The notes under the pieces were generated by a model. It had not been told where the DNA came from. It ran no database searches and saw only the letters and a program-made list of their open reading frames with translations. Shown piece after piece: positions 35,915 to 45,461 of a DNA stretch of 47,268 bases. A program made the translations under genes and the position numbers. Numbering within the stretch: position 1 is the stretch's first letter; each line of letters starts with the position of its first letter. This DNA is from an uncultured Oscillospiraceae bacterium (lineage in GTDB: Bacteria; Bacillota; Clostridia; Oscillospirales; Acutalibacteraceae): contig URYX01000001.1 of NCBI GenBank assembly GCA_900552225.1, positions 1 to 47,268 of the forward strand, read 5' to 3'.

Positions 35915-35985
35915 AGGAAAATCCTCCTGTTGCGGCGGAGCGGCTCCGCCGTTTTTTCGTAAAACGCGGGTGAGGGAAAGCCGGC

Positions 35986-37431
35986 TTAATACGCCTTGCC
36001 CCAGTAGACCAGATGATGCGCGGGCTTGCCGCAGCAGACGCAGACCTCCTCCTCGGCGTGCTCCTGCTGATCGAGCGGCATGCAGCGGGAGCCGACGCCG
36101 GTCTGCTCCTTCACGGCCTCCTCACAGGCCGGGTCACCGCACCAGGCGGCCCGTACAAAGCCGTCGCCGTTTTCCGCAAGCGCGGTACGGATCTCGTCGA
36201 GCGTGCGGCAGGTGTAGGTGTGACGCTCGCGGTTTTCGAGCGCCTTTTGATACAGCCCGTCGCGCACCGCCTGCAGCCGGTCGGACAAGGCCGTTTCCAG
36301 CTCGTCGAGCGATACCACCGTCTTTTCGCGGTTGTGGCGCGTGACCAGCACGCACTGGTTCTGCTCAATGTCGCGCGGCCCGATTTCGAGACGCACCGGC
36401 ACACCCTTCATCTCGTATTCGCTGAACTTCCATCCGGCGGAATTCTCGCTGTCGTCGAGCTTGACGCGGAAGGAGCCGGCCAGCCGGTCACGCAGCTCGC
36501 GCGCCTTGTCGAGAACGCCCTCCTTGTGCTGCGCAATCGGCAGAATGACCACCTGGATGGGGGCGACGGCGGGCGGCAGCACCAGGCCGTTGTTGTCGCC
36601 GTGCGTCATGATGATGGCCCCGATCATGCGGGTGGTCATGCCCCACGAGGTCTGATACGGCGTGCATTTGCGGTTGCTTTTGTCCGAGAACTGGATGCCG
36701 AAGGCCTTTGCAAAGCCGTCCCCGAAGTAGTGGGAGGTGCCGGCCTGCAGCGCCTTGCCGTCGTGCATCAGCGCCTCAATGGCGTAGGTGGAGACGGCTC
36801 CCGCAAACTTGTCGCTCTCGGTCTTCTTGCCCTTGATGACCGGAATGGCCAGGTCGCGCTCACAGAAATCGGCATAGACATTCAGCATGCGCTCGGTTTC
36901 CTCAATGGCCTCCTCCGGCGTGGCGTGAATGGTGTGTCCCTCCTGCCACAGGAATTCGCGGGAGCGCAGGAACGGACGGGTGGTCTTTTCCCAGCGCACC
37001 ACGCTGACCCACTGGTTATACAGCTTCGGCAGGTCGCGGTAGGACTGGATGATGTTGGCATAGTGCTCGCAGAACAGCGTTTCGCTGGTCGGACGGACGC
37101 ACAGCCGCTCCTCCAGCTCCTCACTGCCGCCGTGGGTGACCCAGGCCACCTCGGGGGCAAAGCCCTCGACATGCTCCTTCTCCTTGTTCAGGAGACTTTC
37201 CGGAATGAACATCGGCATACACACGTTTTCGTGTCCCGTCGCCTTGAAGCGGCGGTCGAGGTTCTGCTGAATGTTTTCCCAGATGGCATAGCCGTAGGGG
37301 CGAATGACCATACAGCCCTTGACACTGGTATATTCAATCAGCTCCGCTTTCTTGACAATATCGGTATACCATTTGGCAAAATCTTCCTCCATCGATGTAA
37401 TGGAGTCCACCATTTTTTGATTGTCTGCCAT
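35986..37431 (-). CDS. proS: Proline--tRNA ligase, archaeal/eukaryote-like type with C-terminal Zn domain
   Basis: [59 protein letters not shown]-terminal CGDPACE...CVCCGKPA...VYWGKAY. Confidence 0.95.
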   Translation of the reverse strand: MADNQKMVDSITSMEEDFAKWYTDIVKKAELIEYTSVKGCMVIRPYGYAIWENIQQNLDRRFKATGHENVCMPMFIPESLLNKEKEHVEGFAPEVAWVTHGGSEELEERLCVRPTSETLFCEHYANIIQSYRDLPKLYNQWVSVVRWEKTTRPFLRSREFLWQEGHTIHATPEEAIEETERMLNVYADFCERDLAIPVIKGKKTESDKFAGAVSTYAIEALMHDGKALQAGTSHYFGDGFAKAFGIQFSDKSNRKCTPYQTSWGMTTRMIGAIIMTHGDNNGLVLPPAVAPIQVVILPIAQHKEGVLDKARELRDRLAGSFRVKLDDSENSAGWKFSEYEMKGVPVRLEIGPRDIEQNQCVLVTRHNREKTVVSLDELETALSDRLQAVRDGLYQKALENRERHTYTCRTLDEIRTALAENGDGFVRAAWCGDPACEEAVKEQTGVGSRCMPLDQQEHAEEEVCVCCGKPAHHLVYWGKAY

Positions 37432-37485
37432 AGCCTTCAGCCTTTCTGTTTAGTATACTTCCCTTTATCGGAATATAATCAATTT

Positions 37486-37514
37486 ATTATAGCGCCTTTC
37501 CCGGACTTTTTCAA
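37486..37514 (-). promoter_or_regulatory. Promoter for proS (TTGAAA-17-TATAAT on the minus strand), ~55-nt leader
   Basis: The minus strand reads gTTGAAAaagtccgggaaaggcgcTATAATaaattg... Confidence 0.6.
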
Positions 37515-37643
37515 CCCTAAAAAACACAAAAGCACCGCCCCCTGCGGAAAATCGCCGAAAAAGCACCGGAAAGCAGGGCCTTTGCGGCCGCGGCGGAAGC
37601 GGAGAGGAAAGTGGTGGGAGGAAAAGTCCGTCCCCGCCCCCTC

Positions 37644-37672
37644 TTGTATCCCGGACGGGTTTGTGCTACAAT
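37644..37672 (+). promoter_or_regulatory. Promoter for the SDR gene (TTGTAT-17-TACAAT with TGn)
   Basis: cTTGTATcccggacgggtttgTGcTACAAT, 45 nt upstream of ATG 37718. Confidence 0.55.
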
Positions 37673-37717
37673 GCGGACAGATGTGCGGTCGGACGGCCGG
37701 GGAGAGGAGAAGGGAAC

Positions 37718-38527
37718 ATGCGATGGATTTTGGTGACCGGAGCCTACGGCGGCATGGGACATGCGGCGGCCCGGGCCCTGGCGGCGGAGGGCTTCGGCGT
37801 GCTGGCGCTGGATCGGACGGTCGGTGAGCCCGAGCCGGGAATCGTCCCCGTGGAGGCGGACGTAACCGATGCCGACAGCCTGCACCGTGCCGCGGAAACG
37901 GCGAAGCAATATACGGAGGAGCTGTTTGCCGTTGTCCATTACGCGGGAATTTACCGGCTGGATTCCCTGGTGGAAATGGCGGAGGAGAGCTTTGAGCAGA
38001 TCTGGCGTGTGAACGTGTTCGGCGCTTTCCACGTCAACCGGATTTTCCTGCCCTTTTTGCGGGAGGGCAGCCGGATCGTGATGATTACGAGCGAGCTGGC
38101 GCCGCTTGACCCCCTGCCCTTTACGGGCATCTATGCGGTGACCAAGGGAGCGCTGGACCGGTATGCCTATGCGCTGTGTATGGAGCTGCAGCTGCTCGGC
38201 ATCTCGGTCTCCGTGCTGCGGGCCGGCGCGGTAAAGACCGGTATGCTCGGGGCCTCCACCGCCGCCCTGGAGCAATTCTGCAGCACCACGCGGCTGTACC
38301 GCTGCAACGCGGCGCGCTTCCGGGCCGTTGTGGACCGCGTAGAGGCCCGCTGCGTGCCGCCGGAGGCGGTCGCGCGGAAAACGGCGGCCATTCTCCGCAA
38401 AAAGCACCCGGCCTTTGCCTACAGCCTCAACCGCAACCCGCTGCTGCTTTTGCTGCATTGCCTGCCGCAGCGGCTGCAGCTGCGGATCATCCGCCGCGTA
38501 CTGCGATTGCGGCCCCGACTTCCGTAA
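37718..38527 (+). CDS. Short-chain dehydrogenase/reductase (SDR) family oxidoreductase
   Basis: MRWILVTGAYGGMGHAAARAL (TGxxxGxG), catalytic YAVTKGAL (YxxxK). ATG follows GGAGAGGAGAAGGG. The tracked start at 37661 is too early. Confidence 0.85.
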   Translation: MRWILVTGAYGGMGHAAARALAAEGFGVLALDRTVGEPEPGIVPVEADVTDADSLHRAAETAKQYTEELFAVVHYAGIYRLDSLVEMAEESFEQIWRVNVFGAFHVNRIFLPFLREGSRIVMITSELAPLDPLPFTGIYAVTKGALDRYAYALCMELQLLGISVSVLRAGAVKTGMLGASTAALEQFCSTTRLYRCNAARFRAVVDRVEARCVPPEAVARKTAAILRKKHPAFAYSLNRNPLLLLLHCLPQRLQLRIIRRVLRLRPRLP

Positions 38528-38606
38528 CAGGGAACCAAACCCCGTGTTCGGAGCTTTCCCCGAGTCACAGTTTGTCGAAAAAGTTAGATAAAATACAAAC
38601 AGCGTC

Positions 38607-38635
38607 TTGCACTTTTTTGAGATATGGTTTACAAT
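38607..38635 (+). promoter_or_regulatory. Promoter for the ene-reductase/AcnX operon (TTGCAC-17-TACAAT)
   Basis: cTTGCACttttttgagatatggttTACAATc, 61 nt upstream of ATG 38697. The leader contains a 7-bp GC hairpin GCCGCCG/CGGCGGC. Confidence 0.6.
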
Positions 38636-38696
38636 CAGTGTATAGCCTGCCGCCGGAGCGCGGCGGCCAATCCAAAGCTCACGGAGGTTTTGTCAC

Positions 38697-40751
38697 ATGA
38701 ATCAGAGGCTGAACCCGCTGTTTACCCCCTGGAAGATCGGAAGCTGTGAGATCAAAAACCGCATCGTACTGACCAGTATGGGCGGAACGGATCTGTTCGG
38801 ATGGATGGAGAAGAACCATTTTGACCGGGACGGCGCGCGCTTTATTCTGGAGGTGGCGCAGAACAATGTCGGTCTGGTGCTGCCGGGCTGCCAGCCGGTG
38901 TACAACCCCATGTTCGGACAGTGGCTGTACAAAAACAAGAAGATGTACCGCGACCTGAAGGAATGGATGCCCGAATTCCATAAGACGGGTGCCAAGCTGT
39001 TTGTGCAGCTGACGGCGGGCTTCGGACGCTCCTTTACCGTCAGCTCCATGATGGAGACCCTGTATACCAATAAGCTCCTGCGCGCGGTCAGTAAGCCGTT
39101 TATGGATCTGGATAAGATCACGGCGACGGCCAGCCCGTCCCCCAACCGCTGGTCGGATAAGGTGCCCTCCCGCGCCATGACGGTGGAGGAAATTCACGAA
39201 TTCGTGGAGGCCTTCGCCAAGACCGCCCGGCTGCTGCAGGAGGCAGGCGTGGACGGCGTGGAGGTGCACGCGGTGCACGAGGGCTACCTGCTCGATCAGT
39301 TTACGCTCGGCTATGTCAATAAACGCACCGATGAGTACGGCGGCTCCTTTGAAAACCGCTATCGCTTCCCCGTGGAGATCGTACAGGCCATCAAGAAGGC
39401 CTGCGGCAAGGAGTTCCCCGTGTCGCTGCGCTACAGCGTCATCTCCAAGACCAAGGGCTTCCGTCAGGGCGCGCTGCCCGGCGAGGAATACACCGAGGTC
39501 GGCCGTGCAATGGAGGAATCCGAAAGGGCGGCCAAATACCTGCAGGACGCGGGCTACGACTGCCTGAACTGCGACAACGGCACCTACGATGCCTGGTACT
39601 GGGCACACCCGCCGATCTATATGCCGGAAAACTGCAACCTGGCCGACGTGGAGCATATCCGGCAGTTTGTGGACATCCCCGTGGTCTGCGCCGGCCGGCT
39701 GGATCCGGAGGTCGCGGCCGATGCGGTGGCGGCCGGAAAGCTGGACGGCGCGGGCTTCGCGCGCCGGTTCCTGGCGGATACCGCCTGGGTGACCAAGCTC
39801 ATGGAGGACCGCCCGGAGGACATCCGTCCCTGCATCCTGTGCCATAACGGCTGCTTCAACATGTGTCATTATAAGGGTGTGCCGAACGATCAGGACCTGT
39901 CGGACAGCCTGCATCTGTCGCGCTGCGCCGTCAACGCAGAGACCATGCAGTGGAGCAAGCACTATATCCGTAAGACCTCCTCACCGCAGACCGTACATAT
40001 CGTCGGCGGCGGTATCGGCGGCATGGAGGCGGCCCGCGTGCTGGCGCTGCGCGGGCATCACCCCGTGATTCACGAAAAGAGCGGTGAGCTCGGCGGAGCC
40101 TTTATCCCCGCGAGCGCGGAATCCTATAAGGGCAAGCTGCGCGACCTGCTGTGCTGGTATCGCCGTCAGATGGAGCAGCTCGGGGTCGAGGTGCATCTGA
40201 ACGAGGAAATTCAGGATACCGCCGCGTTCGGTGGCGCCCCGGTCATTGTGGCCACCGGCGCTGTCCCGCGCCTGCTGCGGCGCGTGCCGGGCTATGAGCG
40301 GATGATCGAGGCGTGCGACTTCCTGCGCGGTCATGAGGTCGGGGAGACGGTGGCTGTCATCGGCGGTGGACTGACCGGCTCGGAAATCGCCTATGAGCTG
40401 GCGCTGCAGGGCAAAAAGCCCCTCATCGTGGAGATGAAGGACGATCTGATCAGCCAGAAGGGCGTATGCCTTGCCAACTCCTCCTATCTCCGGGAGTGGT
40501 TCGCCCTGCATCAGGTGCCGGTCTATCTGGAGACCGCCCTGAAGGAGGTGCGCCCCGGCGAGATTGTCTGCACCGATAAGTCCGGAGCCGAGCTGACGAT
40601 TCCCTGCGACTCGGTCATCAGCTGTGCCGGCTATATCCCGGCGCCGCTGACCGCCAAGGGCAGGCGCGTGCATTTCGTCGGAGACTGCCGCGCGGTCGGC
40701 AACCTCCGCTCCGTAATCTGGAACGCCTATGAAACGGCGATGAAAATCTGA
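38697..40751 (+). CDS. NADH:flavin oxidoreductase of the OYE / 2,4-dienoyl-CoA reductase / 2-enoate reductase class (FMN TIM barrel, 4Fe-4S, FAD/NAD(P) domain)
   Basis: LFTPWKIGSCEIKNRIVLTSMGG, GVDGVEVHAVHEGYLLDQF, RTDEYGGSFENRYRF (OYE). Cys cluster CILCHNGCFNMC...C. Rossmann motifs IVGGGIGGMEAARVLALRGH and VIGGGLTGSEIAYELA. Confidence 0.9.
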   Translation: MNQRLNPLFTPWKIGSCEIKNRIVLTSMGGTDLFGWMEKNHFDRDGARFILEVAQNNVGLVLPGCQPVYNPMFGQWLYKNKKMYRDLKEWMPEFHKTGAKLFVQLTAGFGRSFTVSSMMETLYTNKLLRAVSKPFMDLDKITATASPSPNRWSDKVPSRAMTVEEIHEFVEAFAKTARLLQEAGVDGVEVHAVHEGYLLDQFTLGYVNKRTDEYGGSFENRYRFPVEIVQAIKKACGKEFPVSLRYSVISKTKGFRQGALPGEEYTEVGRAMEESERAAKYLQDAGYDCLNCDNGTYDAWYWAHPPIYMPENCNLADVEHIRQFVDIPVVCAGRLDPEVAADAVAAGKLDGAGFARRFLADTAWVTKLMEDRPEDIRPCILCHNGCFNMCHYKGVPNDQDLSDSLHLSRCAVNAETMQWSKHYIRKTSSPQTVHIVGGGIGGMEAARVLALRGHHPVIHEKSGELGGAFIPASAESYKGKLRDLLCWYRRQMEQLGVEVHLNEEIQDTAAFGGAPVIVATGAVPRLLRRVPGYERMIEACDFLRGHEVGETVAVIGGGLTGSEIAYELALQGKKPLIVEMKDDLISQKGVCLANSSYLREWFALHQVPVYLETALKEVRPGEIVCTDKSGAELTIPCDSVISCAGYIPAPLTAKGRRVHFVGDCRAVGNLRSVIWNAYETAMKI

Positions 40752-40767
40752 GAAAGGCGGGAAAACC

Positions 40768-42054
40768 ATGACATATACGATGAAGCTGACCGAGGAGCAG
40801 GAGGCCATCCTGAACGGCAGCCGCGGCGAGACCATGGCCAAGGTAATGGAGACGCTGGTGCGCTACGGCGAGCTGTTCGGCGCCGATGAGATGGTGCGTG
40901 TGACGAGCCGGTATAACCACCTGGTCACCTCCTTCGGACTGAAGGCGCTGGCCCCCGTGTACGCACTGATGGATCAGCTGATTGAGGCCGGCGCCGTATC
41001 GGAGCAGAAATTCTCCGCCGATCCGCGGCCGCTCGACAGCCGCGTCCCGAGCAGTCTCCTGCAAAACCTGGTGTTTAAGAAATTCATGTACACCAAGCAG
41101 GACTTTTATGAGGAGCAGCTTGCGAAGCTCGGCCTCATGGATAAGGATGCCTTCACCTGCACCTGCTACATGAAGGAGGTCGGCAACACACCGGAAAAGG
41201 GGGACATCCTCTCATGGTCGGAGTCGTCCGCCGTGGTGTATGCCAACTCGGTGCTCGGCGCGCGCTGCAACCGCAACTCCGGCATCATTGACCTCATGGG
41301 CTCGATCGTCGGCTATGTGCCGTCGTTCGGTCTGCTGAAGGACGAGGGGCGCAGGGCCGACTGGATCGTGGAAATCCGCACCGAGAAGAAGCCGGAGGCG
41401 CAGCTGCTCGGCTCGGCCATCGGCATGAAGGTGATGGAGGACGTACCCTATATCCGCGGCCTGGACCGCTTCCTCGGCAGCGGACTCAGCGAGGAGACCA
41501 AAACCTATCTCAAGGATTTCGGAGCGGCGACTGCCTCCAACGGCGCCGTCGGACTGTACCATGTGGAGAACATCACACCGGAGGCGGTGGAGCAGGGCGA
41601 GAGCCTGATCCGCGAAAACGCCAGGGTCTACGTGATCGACGACGCGGAGCTGCAGCGCGTGTACGACAGCTATCCCGTGATCTGGAAGAATAAGAACGCC
41701 AGGCCGAGGCTGTGCTTTATGGGATGTCCGCATATGAGCCTGCAGCAGCTGACAGAATGGACGGAGAAAATCGAGGCCGGCCTGAAGGAATCCGGCTGCA
41801 GCCGCGTGACCGTGCCGACCGTCTTTACGGCCGCCCCCGCTGTGCTCAAGGCCTTTGAGCAAACGCCCTATGCGGAGCGCCTGAAAAAGACCGGCGTGAT
41901 CACGAGCTATATCTGCCCGCTGATGTATATGAACAACCCGCTGAGCACCAGTATGCCGGTAATCACATCGAGCAACAAGCTGCGTACCTATACCAGCGCC
42001 CGCTACTACACGGACGATGAAATCCTCGCGCAGATTACGAAGGAGGAGCGGTAA
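40768..42054 (+). CDS. Aconitase-X (AcnX, DUF521) catalytic large subunit
   Basis: MKLTEEQEAILNGSRGETMAKVMETLVRYGELFGADEMVRV... is the typical AcnX/DUF521 N-terminus. Conserved Cys contexts FTCTCYM, GARCNRNSG, FMGCPHMSL. Followed by a DUF126 gene. Confidence 0.8.
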   Translation: MTYTMKLTEEQEAILNGSRGETMAKVMETLVRYGELFGADEMVRVTSRYNHLVTSFGLKALAPVYALMDQLIEAGAVSEQKFSADPRPLDSRVPSSLLQNLVFKKFMYTKQDFYEEQLAKLGLMDKDAFTCTCYMKEVGNTPEKGDILSWSESSAVVYANSVLGARCNRNSGIIDLMGSIVGYVPSFGLLKDEGRRADWIVEIRTEKKPEAQLLGSAIGMKVMEDVPYIRGLDRFLGSGLSEETKTYLKDFGAATASNGAVGLYHVENITPEAVEQGESLIRENARVYVIDDAELQRVYDSYPVIWKNKNARPRLCFMGCPHMSLQQLTEWTEKIEAGLKESGCSRVTVPTVFTAAPAVLKAFEQTPYAERLKKTGVITSYICPLMYMNNPLSTSMPVITSSNKLRTYTSARYYTDDEILAQITKEER

Positions 42055-42055
42055 C

Positions 42056-42499
42056 ATGAAAATTTTCAAGGGACGGGTCGTAGCCGCCGGAAACGTGACG
42101 GCGGAGGCCCTGGTATCGCACGGCGGACTCAATACGCTGGCTTCGTTTCAGAAGGCCCTGCAGTTCGGAGATAAAAAGGCCACCTGCGGGGATCAGAATA
42201 ACCCCGATCTGTACGGAAAGCAGATGCTCGGCCGGGCGCTGTGCCTGCCGCGCACCATCGGCTCCACGACGGGCGGCCTGGTGCTCTACTGCGCCTGCGC
42301 CATGAAGCGCCAGCCGGCCTGTCTGCTGTTCTCCGAGCCGATCGATTCCCTGGCGGCCGCCGGCGCCATTCTGTCGGATGTGTGGCTGGAGGGAACACCG
42401 CTTCCGGTCATCGACAGCCTCGGAGAGGAGTTCCTTGATTACGTCCGGGACGGCATGACCGTCACCGTGCACGAGGACGGTACGGTGGAGATTCGCTGA
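42056..42499 (+). CDS. Aconitase-X swivel-domain small subunit (DUF126)
   Basis: ATG 42056 lies 1 nt after the upstream TAA, with AGGAGGAG RBS. MKIFKGRVVAAGNVTAEALVS..., LCLPRTIGSTTGGLVL, PACLLFSEPIDSLAAAGAIL, PLPVID match the DUF126 pattern. Confidence 0.75.
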   Translation: MKIFKGRVVAAGNVTAEALVSHGGLNTLASFQKALQFGDKKATCGDQNNPDLYGKQMLGRALCLPRTIGSTTGGLVLYCACAMKRQPACLLFSEPIDSLAAAGAILSDVWLEGTPLPVIDSLGEEFLDYVRDGMTVTVHEDGTVEIR

Positions 42500-42559
42500 C
42501 CGCGCTGCCGCATCCGCAAAGTCCCCGCCCAGGCCGGGTTTCTCCCGCGCCCATATGCC

Positions 42560-42596
42560 AAAAAACGCATCGGCCGCCGTCGGTCGATGCGTTTTT
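42560..42596. terminator. Bidirectional intrinsic terminator (AcnX operon / kinase gene convergent)
   Basis: AAAAAACGCATCGgccgccgtcggtCGATGCGTTTTT. Confidence 0.8.
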
Positions 42597-42640
42597 GGTG
42601 TATCTGTATTTTTCCTGTTCCCCATAGCTCCACAGCCCTT

Positions 42641-43537
42641 TCACGGCGCCTCCGCCCGCAGAATCTCCTTGGCCAGTGTCCCGGCATGGCGCGCATACCA
42701 CCCGTCCTCGTCCTCGTCGGCCTCGATAAACTCCACATATTCGTTCAGAACCGCCAGCCGGATATCGCGGATGTACTGCGGATAGTCGGGCTTTTCCTTC
42801 AGCCGCTCATATACCCCGTCCAAAAACAGCCGCTTCTGCGGTCGGGTCATGAAAAACGGGAAGGTGGCTCGGTTCTCCGTGGCGTGCGCGATGAACCGCG
42901 CAATATCCAGACTGTAGGGCATAATGCCGCCGAAGCCCCAGTCGATCAGATATACCCTGCCGCCCCGTCCGATAGCATTCCACTGCAGAAAATCGCCGTG
43001 GGACAGGGTACGCGGACAGACCTCCTGCCGCTCCAGAAAGAGCCGATAGGCGCGCCCAATCACCGGCTCGTCCTGGATATATTTTCCGCGCCGGCGGATT
43101 CTTTCCCAGTATACGTCAAATCGCTCCGTGTCGGGATGCCCCCAGAAGCCGTTCTGAATCTGCGCGAGACTCTCGGCTGCCGCCCGGGCTGCCTCCTTTG
43201 TCATCTCCCTGAGATCGTGCCCCGCGATGTATTCGGTCAGAATCCAGACGTCCGAACCGTCCGCGCGGGAGCCGTAAAACGCGGGAGCCGCAAAATCCTG
43301 CCGGCGGAGATACCGCTCATAGTTGTCGGCCTCCCGCCGCGAGGTCTTTTTCAGAATGCGGTCGCCGCCCGCGGAACTCAGCCGGTATACGTCGTACTTC
43401 CTGCAGTCCCCGGCCTCCTCGCCGTACTGCTCACAGATTCTGCGTACATTCCCAAAGACGGTGCCGGGCAGAATCTCCTCAGCTCTGCGCAGTATTTCGC
43501 CGCCCTCGATCGCCTGTTCAAACGTTCCGATTTCCAT
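42641..43537 (-). CDS. APH/choline-kinase-like phosphotransferase family protein
   Basis: Start MEIGTFEQ after GGAGG (the tracked start at 43624 is too early). Catalytic loop LSHGDFLQWNAI and YLIDWGFGG. Confidence 0.8.
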   Translation of the reverse strand: MEIGTFEQAIEGGEILRRAEEILPGTVFGNVRRICEQYGEEAGDCRKYDVYRLSSAGGDRILKKTSRREADNYERYLRRQDFAAPAFYGSRADGSDVWILTEYIAGHDLREMTKEAARAAAESLAQIQNGFWGHPDTERFDVYWERIRRRGKYIQDEPVIGRAYRLFLERQEVCPRTLSHGDFLQWNAIGRGGRVYLIDWGFGGIMPYSLDIARFIAHATENRATFPFFMTRPQKRLFLDGVYERLKEKPDYPQYIRDIRLAVLNEYVEFIEADEDEDGWYARHAGTLAKEILRAEAP

Positions 43538-43642
43538 AGGTGCCTCCGTTCGGATTGAGTGGTCCTGTCTGCTGCCGCATAAGAGGCCAAAGCGGGGGGA
43601 GAAGCGAAAGCCGGCAGGTATCACAGGGTACCTGCCGGCTTA

Positions 43643-43729
43643 TGGTGCCGCTGACGAGACTTGAACTCGTACAGCATTGCTGCCGAGGGATTTTAAGTCC
43701 CTTGTGTCTGCCGATTCCACCACAGCGGC
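43643..43729 (-). tRNA. tRNA-Leu (anticodon UAA), long variable arm, CCA encoded
   Basis: Minus strand GCCGCTGTGGTGGAATCGGCAGACACAAGGGACTTAAAATCCCTCGGCAGCAATGCTGTACGAGTTCAAGTCTCGTCAGCGGCACCA. Acceptor GCCGCTG/CAGCGGC, anticodon stem AGGGA/TCCCT with loop CTTAAAA. 87 nt. Confidence 0.92.
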
Positions 43730-43747
43730 AAGAAACGGTGTGCCTCT

Positions 43748-43776
43748 ATCATAGGCTATTTCCGCCGCCGTGTCAA
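43748..43776 (-). promoter_or_regulatory. Promoter for tRNA-Leu (TTGACA-17-TATGAT on the minus strand)
   Basis: The minus strand reads cTTGACAcggcggcggaaatagccTATGATagagg, ~19 nt before the tRNA 5' end. Confidence 0.7.
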
Positions 43777-43939
43777 GATGACAAACGGGTTATTTTCAAA
43801 AAAATGAAAAAAGCCCCGCATTGCGGCGGAAAACCGCAGCCGGGCCGTATAAACCGCCGGCGGCGGCGCACACTAAGAGTGAAGGTGCGCGGCGGATGCA
43901 GAATCCTGCGGCGACTGCAGGATTTACTTAAAAAAAGAA

Positions 43940-43968
43940 TTGCATTTTTGCACGCGGTGTGGTATCAT
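43940..43968 (+). promoter_or_regulatory. Promoter for murA (TTGCAT-17-TATCAT)
   Basis: aaTTGCATttttgcacgcggtgtggTATCATag, 40 nt upstream of ATG 44009. Confidence 0.55.
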
Positions 43969-44008
43969 AGAGTACACGTATTCTATGATAAAAAGGAGGA
44001 GTAGGCAT

Positions 44009-45295
44009 ATGGGAAAATACCGGATCCAGGGCGGCCGCCGCCTGTGCGGTACGGTGTCTGTCGGCGGAGCCAAAAATGCCGGTGTGGCCATTCTGCCCGC
44101 CGTGGTGCTGGCGGACGACATCTGCCGGATTGAGAATATTCCGAATATTTCCGATGTGCTGACCTCGCTGGATATATTGGAAGCACTGGGTGCACGCATT
44201 CGCCGCATCAATGCCACGACCGTGGAAATCGATCCCCGGACGATTTCTACCCATATCGTGCCGCATGAACTGGCGCGGCATATGCGTGCTTCCTATTATT
44301 TTCTCGGTTCCCTGCTCGGCCGCTTCGGCGTGGCGCGTGTTTCGATGCCCGGCGGCTGCAATTTCGGGGTGCGTCCGATCGACCAGCATCTGAAGGGGTT
44401 TACAGCATTGGGGGCCGTGGTGCCTCCCGTGATCGAAAACGGCATGATTGAGGCGAGCGCCCGCCAGCTTCTCGGCAATTCGATTTATCTGGACATGGTG
44501 TCCGTCGGCGCCACGATCAATATCATGCTGGCGGCGGTCAAGGCGCGCGGCATCACGATTATCGAGAACGCCGCCAAGGAGCCGCATATCGTGGATCTTG
44601 CGAACTTCCTCAACTCCATGGGGGCGGACATCCGCGGAGCCGGTACGGACGTCATCAAAATCTGCGGCGTACAGCACCTGCACGGGACGGAATACGCCAT
44701 CATCCCGGATCAGATCGAGGCCGGGACCTATATGGCGTGCGCGGTGGCGACCGGCGGCGACGTGCTGCTGAAGAACGTGATTCCGAAGCACCTGGAGTCC
44801 ATCTCCGCCAAGCTGCAGGAGATGGGCGCGGAGATCACGGAGGTGGAGGACACGCTGCGCGTCCGCATGAACGGCCGCATCCGCCACTGCAACGTCAAGA
44901 CGATGCCGCACCCCGGCTTCCCGACGGACATGCAGCCGCAGATTTCGGTGCTGCTCGCCCTCAGCGACGGGACAAGCATTGTGACGGAAAACATCTGGGA
45001 TAACCGGTTCCGCTATGTGGACGAGCTGCGCCGCATGGGCGCTCAGGCGCAGGTGGACGGCAAGATCGCGGTGTTCCAGGGCGTGGATCATTTCACGGGT
45101 GCTCCGGTGCGTGCGTTGGATCTGCGTGCCGGTGCCGCGGTGACGATTGCCGGCCTGGCCGCCGTCGGCCAGACGGAGATCGAGGATATTTACCATATCG
45201 AGCGCGGCTATGAGAACTTCGTGGAAAAGCTGCAGGGGATCGGAGCGGATATCCGCCGTATCGAGGAGGCCGACCCCTTTGCCCTGCGGGCCTGA
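44009..45295 (+). CDS. murA: UDP-N-acetylglucosamine 1-carboxyvinyltransferase
   Basis: MGKYRIQGGRRLCGTVSVGGAKNAGVAILPA..., GGCNFGVRPIDQHL, FPTDMQPQ, RGYENFVEKLQGIGADI. ATG follows AAAGGAGGA. Confidence 0.95.
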   Translation: MGKYRIQGGRRLCGTVSVGGAKNAGVAILPAVVLADDICRIENIPNISDVLTSLDILEALGARIRRINATTVEIDPRTISTHIVPHELARHMRASYYFLGSLLGRFGVARVSMPGGCNFGVRPIDQHLKGFTALGAVVPPVIENGMIEASARQLLGNSIYLDMVSVGATINIMLAAVKARGITIIENAAKEPHIVDLANFLNSMGADIRGAGTDVIKICGVQHLHGTEYAIIPDQIEAGTYMACAVATGGDVLLKNVIPKHLESISAKLQEMGAEITEVEDTLRVRMNGRIRHCNVKTMPHPGFPTDMQPQISVLLALSDGTSIVTENIWDNRFRYVDELRRMGAQAQVDGKIAVFQGVDHFTGAPVRALDLRAGAAVTIAGLAAVGQTEIEDIYHIERGYENFVEKLQGIGADIRRIEEADPFALRA

Positions 45296-45392
45296 TCGGA
45301 AACCGATGCAGAGACTGCCGCAAACGGCGCAGTGCCTTGCTGCTTTTGCCTTGGCCCTGCGCCGGTTTTTGCAGCCTTTCTTGACAGTCTCA

Positions 45393-45426
45393 GGCGGGCG
45401 AAAGCCCGCCATTTGCTTTATTTTTG
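45393..45426 (+). terminator. Intrinsic terminator after murA
   Basis: GGCGGGC-gaaa-GCCCGCC followed by ATTTGCTTTATTTTTG. Confidence 0.7.
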
Positions 45427-45461
45427 TATTATTTACGGTATAACGGAAAGGAACACGGGCC

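Noticed and set aside
37618-37629. GAGGAAAAGTCC, resembling the RNase P RNA P4 motif GAGGAAAGUCC
   Set aside because: It has an extra A. The intergenic space is only ~285 nt and is occupied by two divergent promoters. No matching 3' P4 strand or other RNase P elements occur on the same strand.
37432-37717. Possible T-box leader upstream of proS
   Set aside because: No T-box consensus (GGUGGUACCGCG-like), AG-bulge or specifier architecture was found on the minus strand. A good TTGAAA-17-TATAAT promoter sits only ~55 nt from the ATG, leaving no room for a T-box.
28634-43729. tRNA genes as possible integration sites of a genomic island
   Set aside because: No integrase, recombinase, direct repeat of a tRNA 3' end or compositional break was seen next to either tRNA. 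The flanking genes are housekeeping.
43790-43935. Hairpins between the tRNA-Leu promoter and the murA promoter (CCGC/GCGG plus a T-run on the minus strand; AATCCTGC/GCAGGATT)
   Set aside because: The stems are short or lack U-tracts, and no upstream gene needs terminating. They are plausibly insulators, but there is not enough evidence to call a feature.
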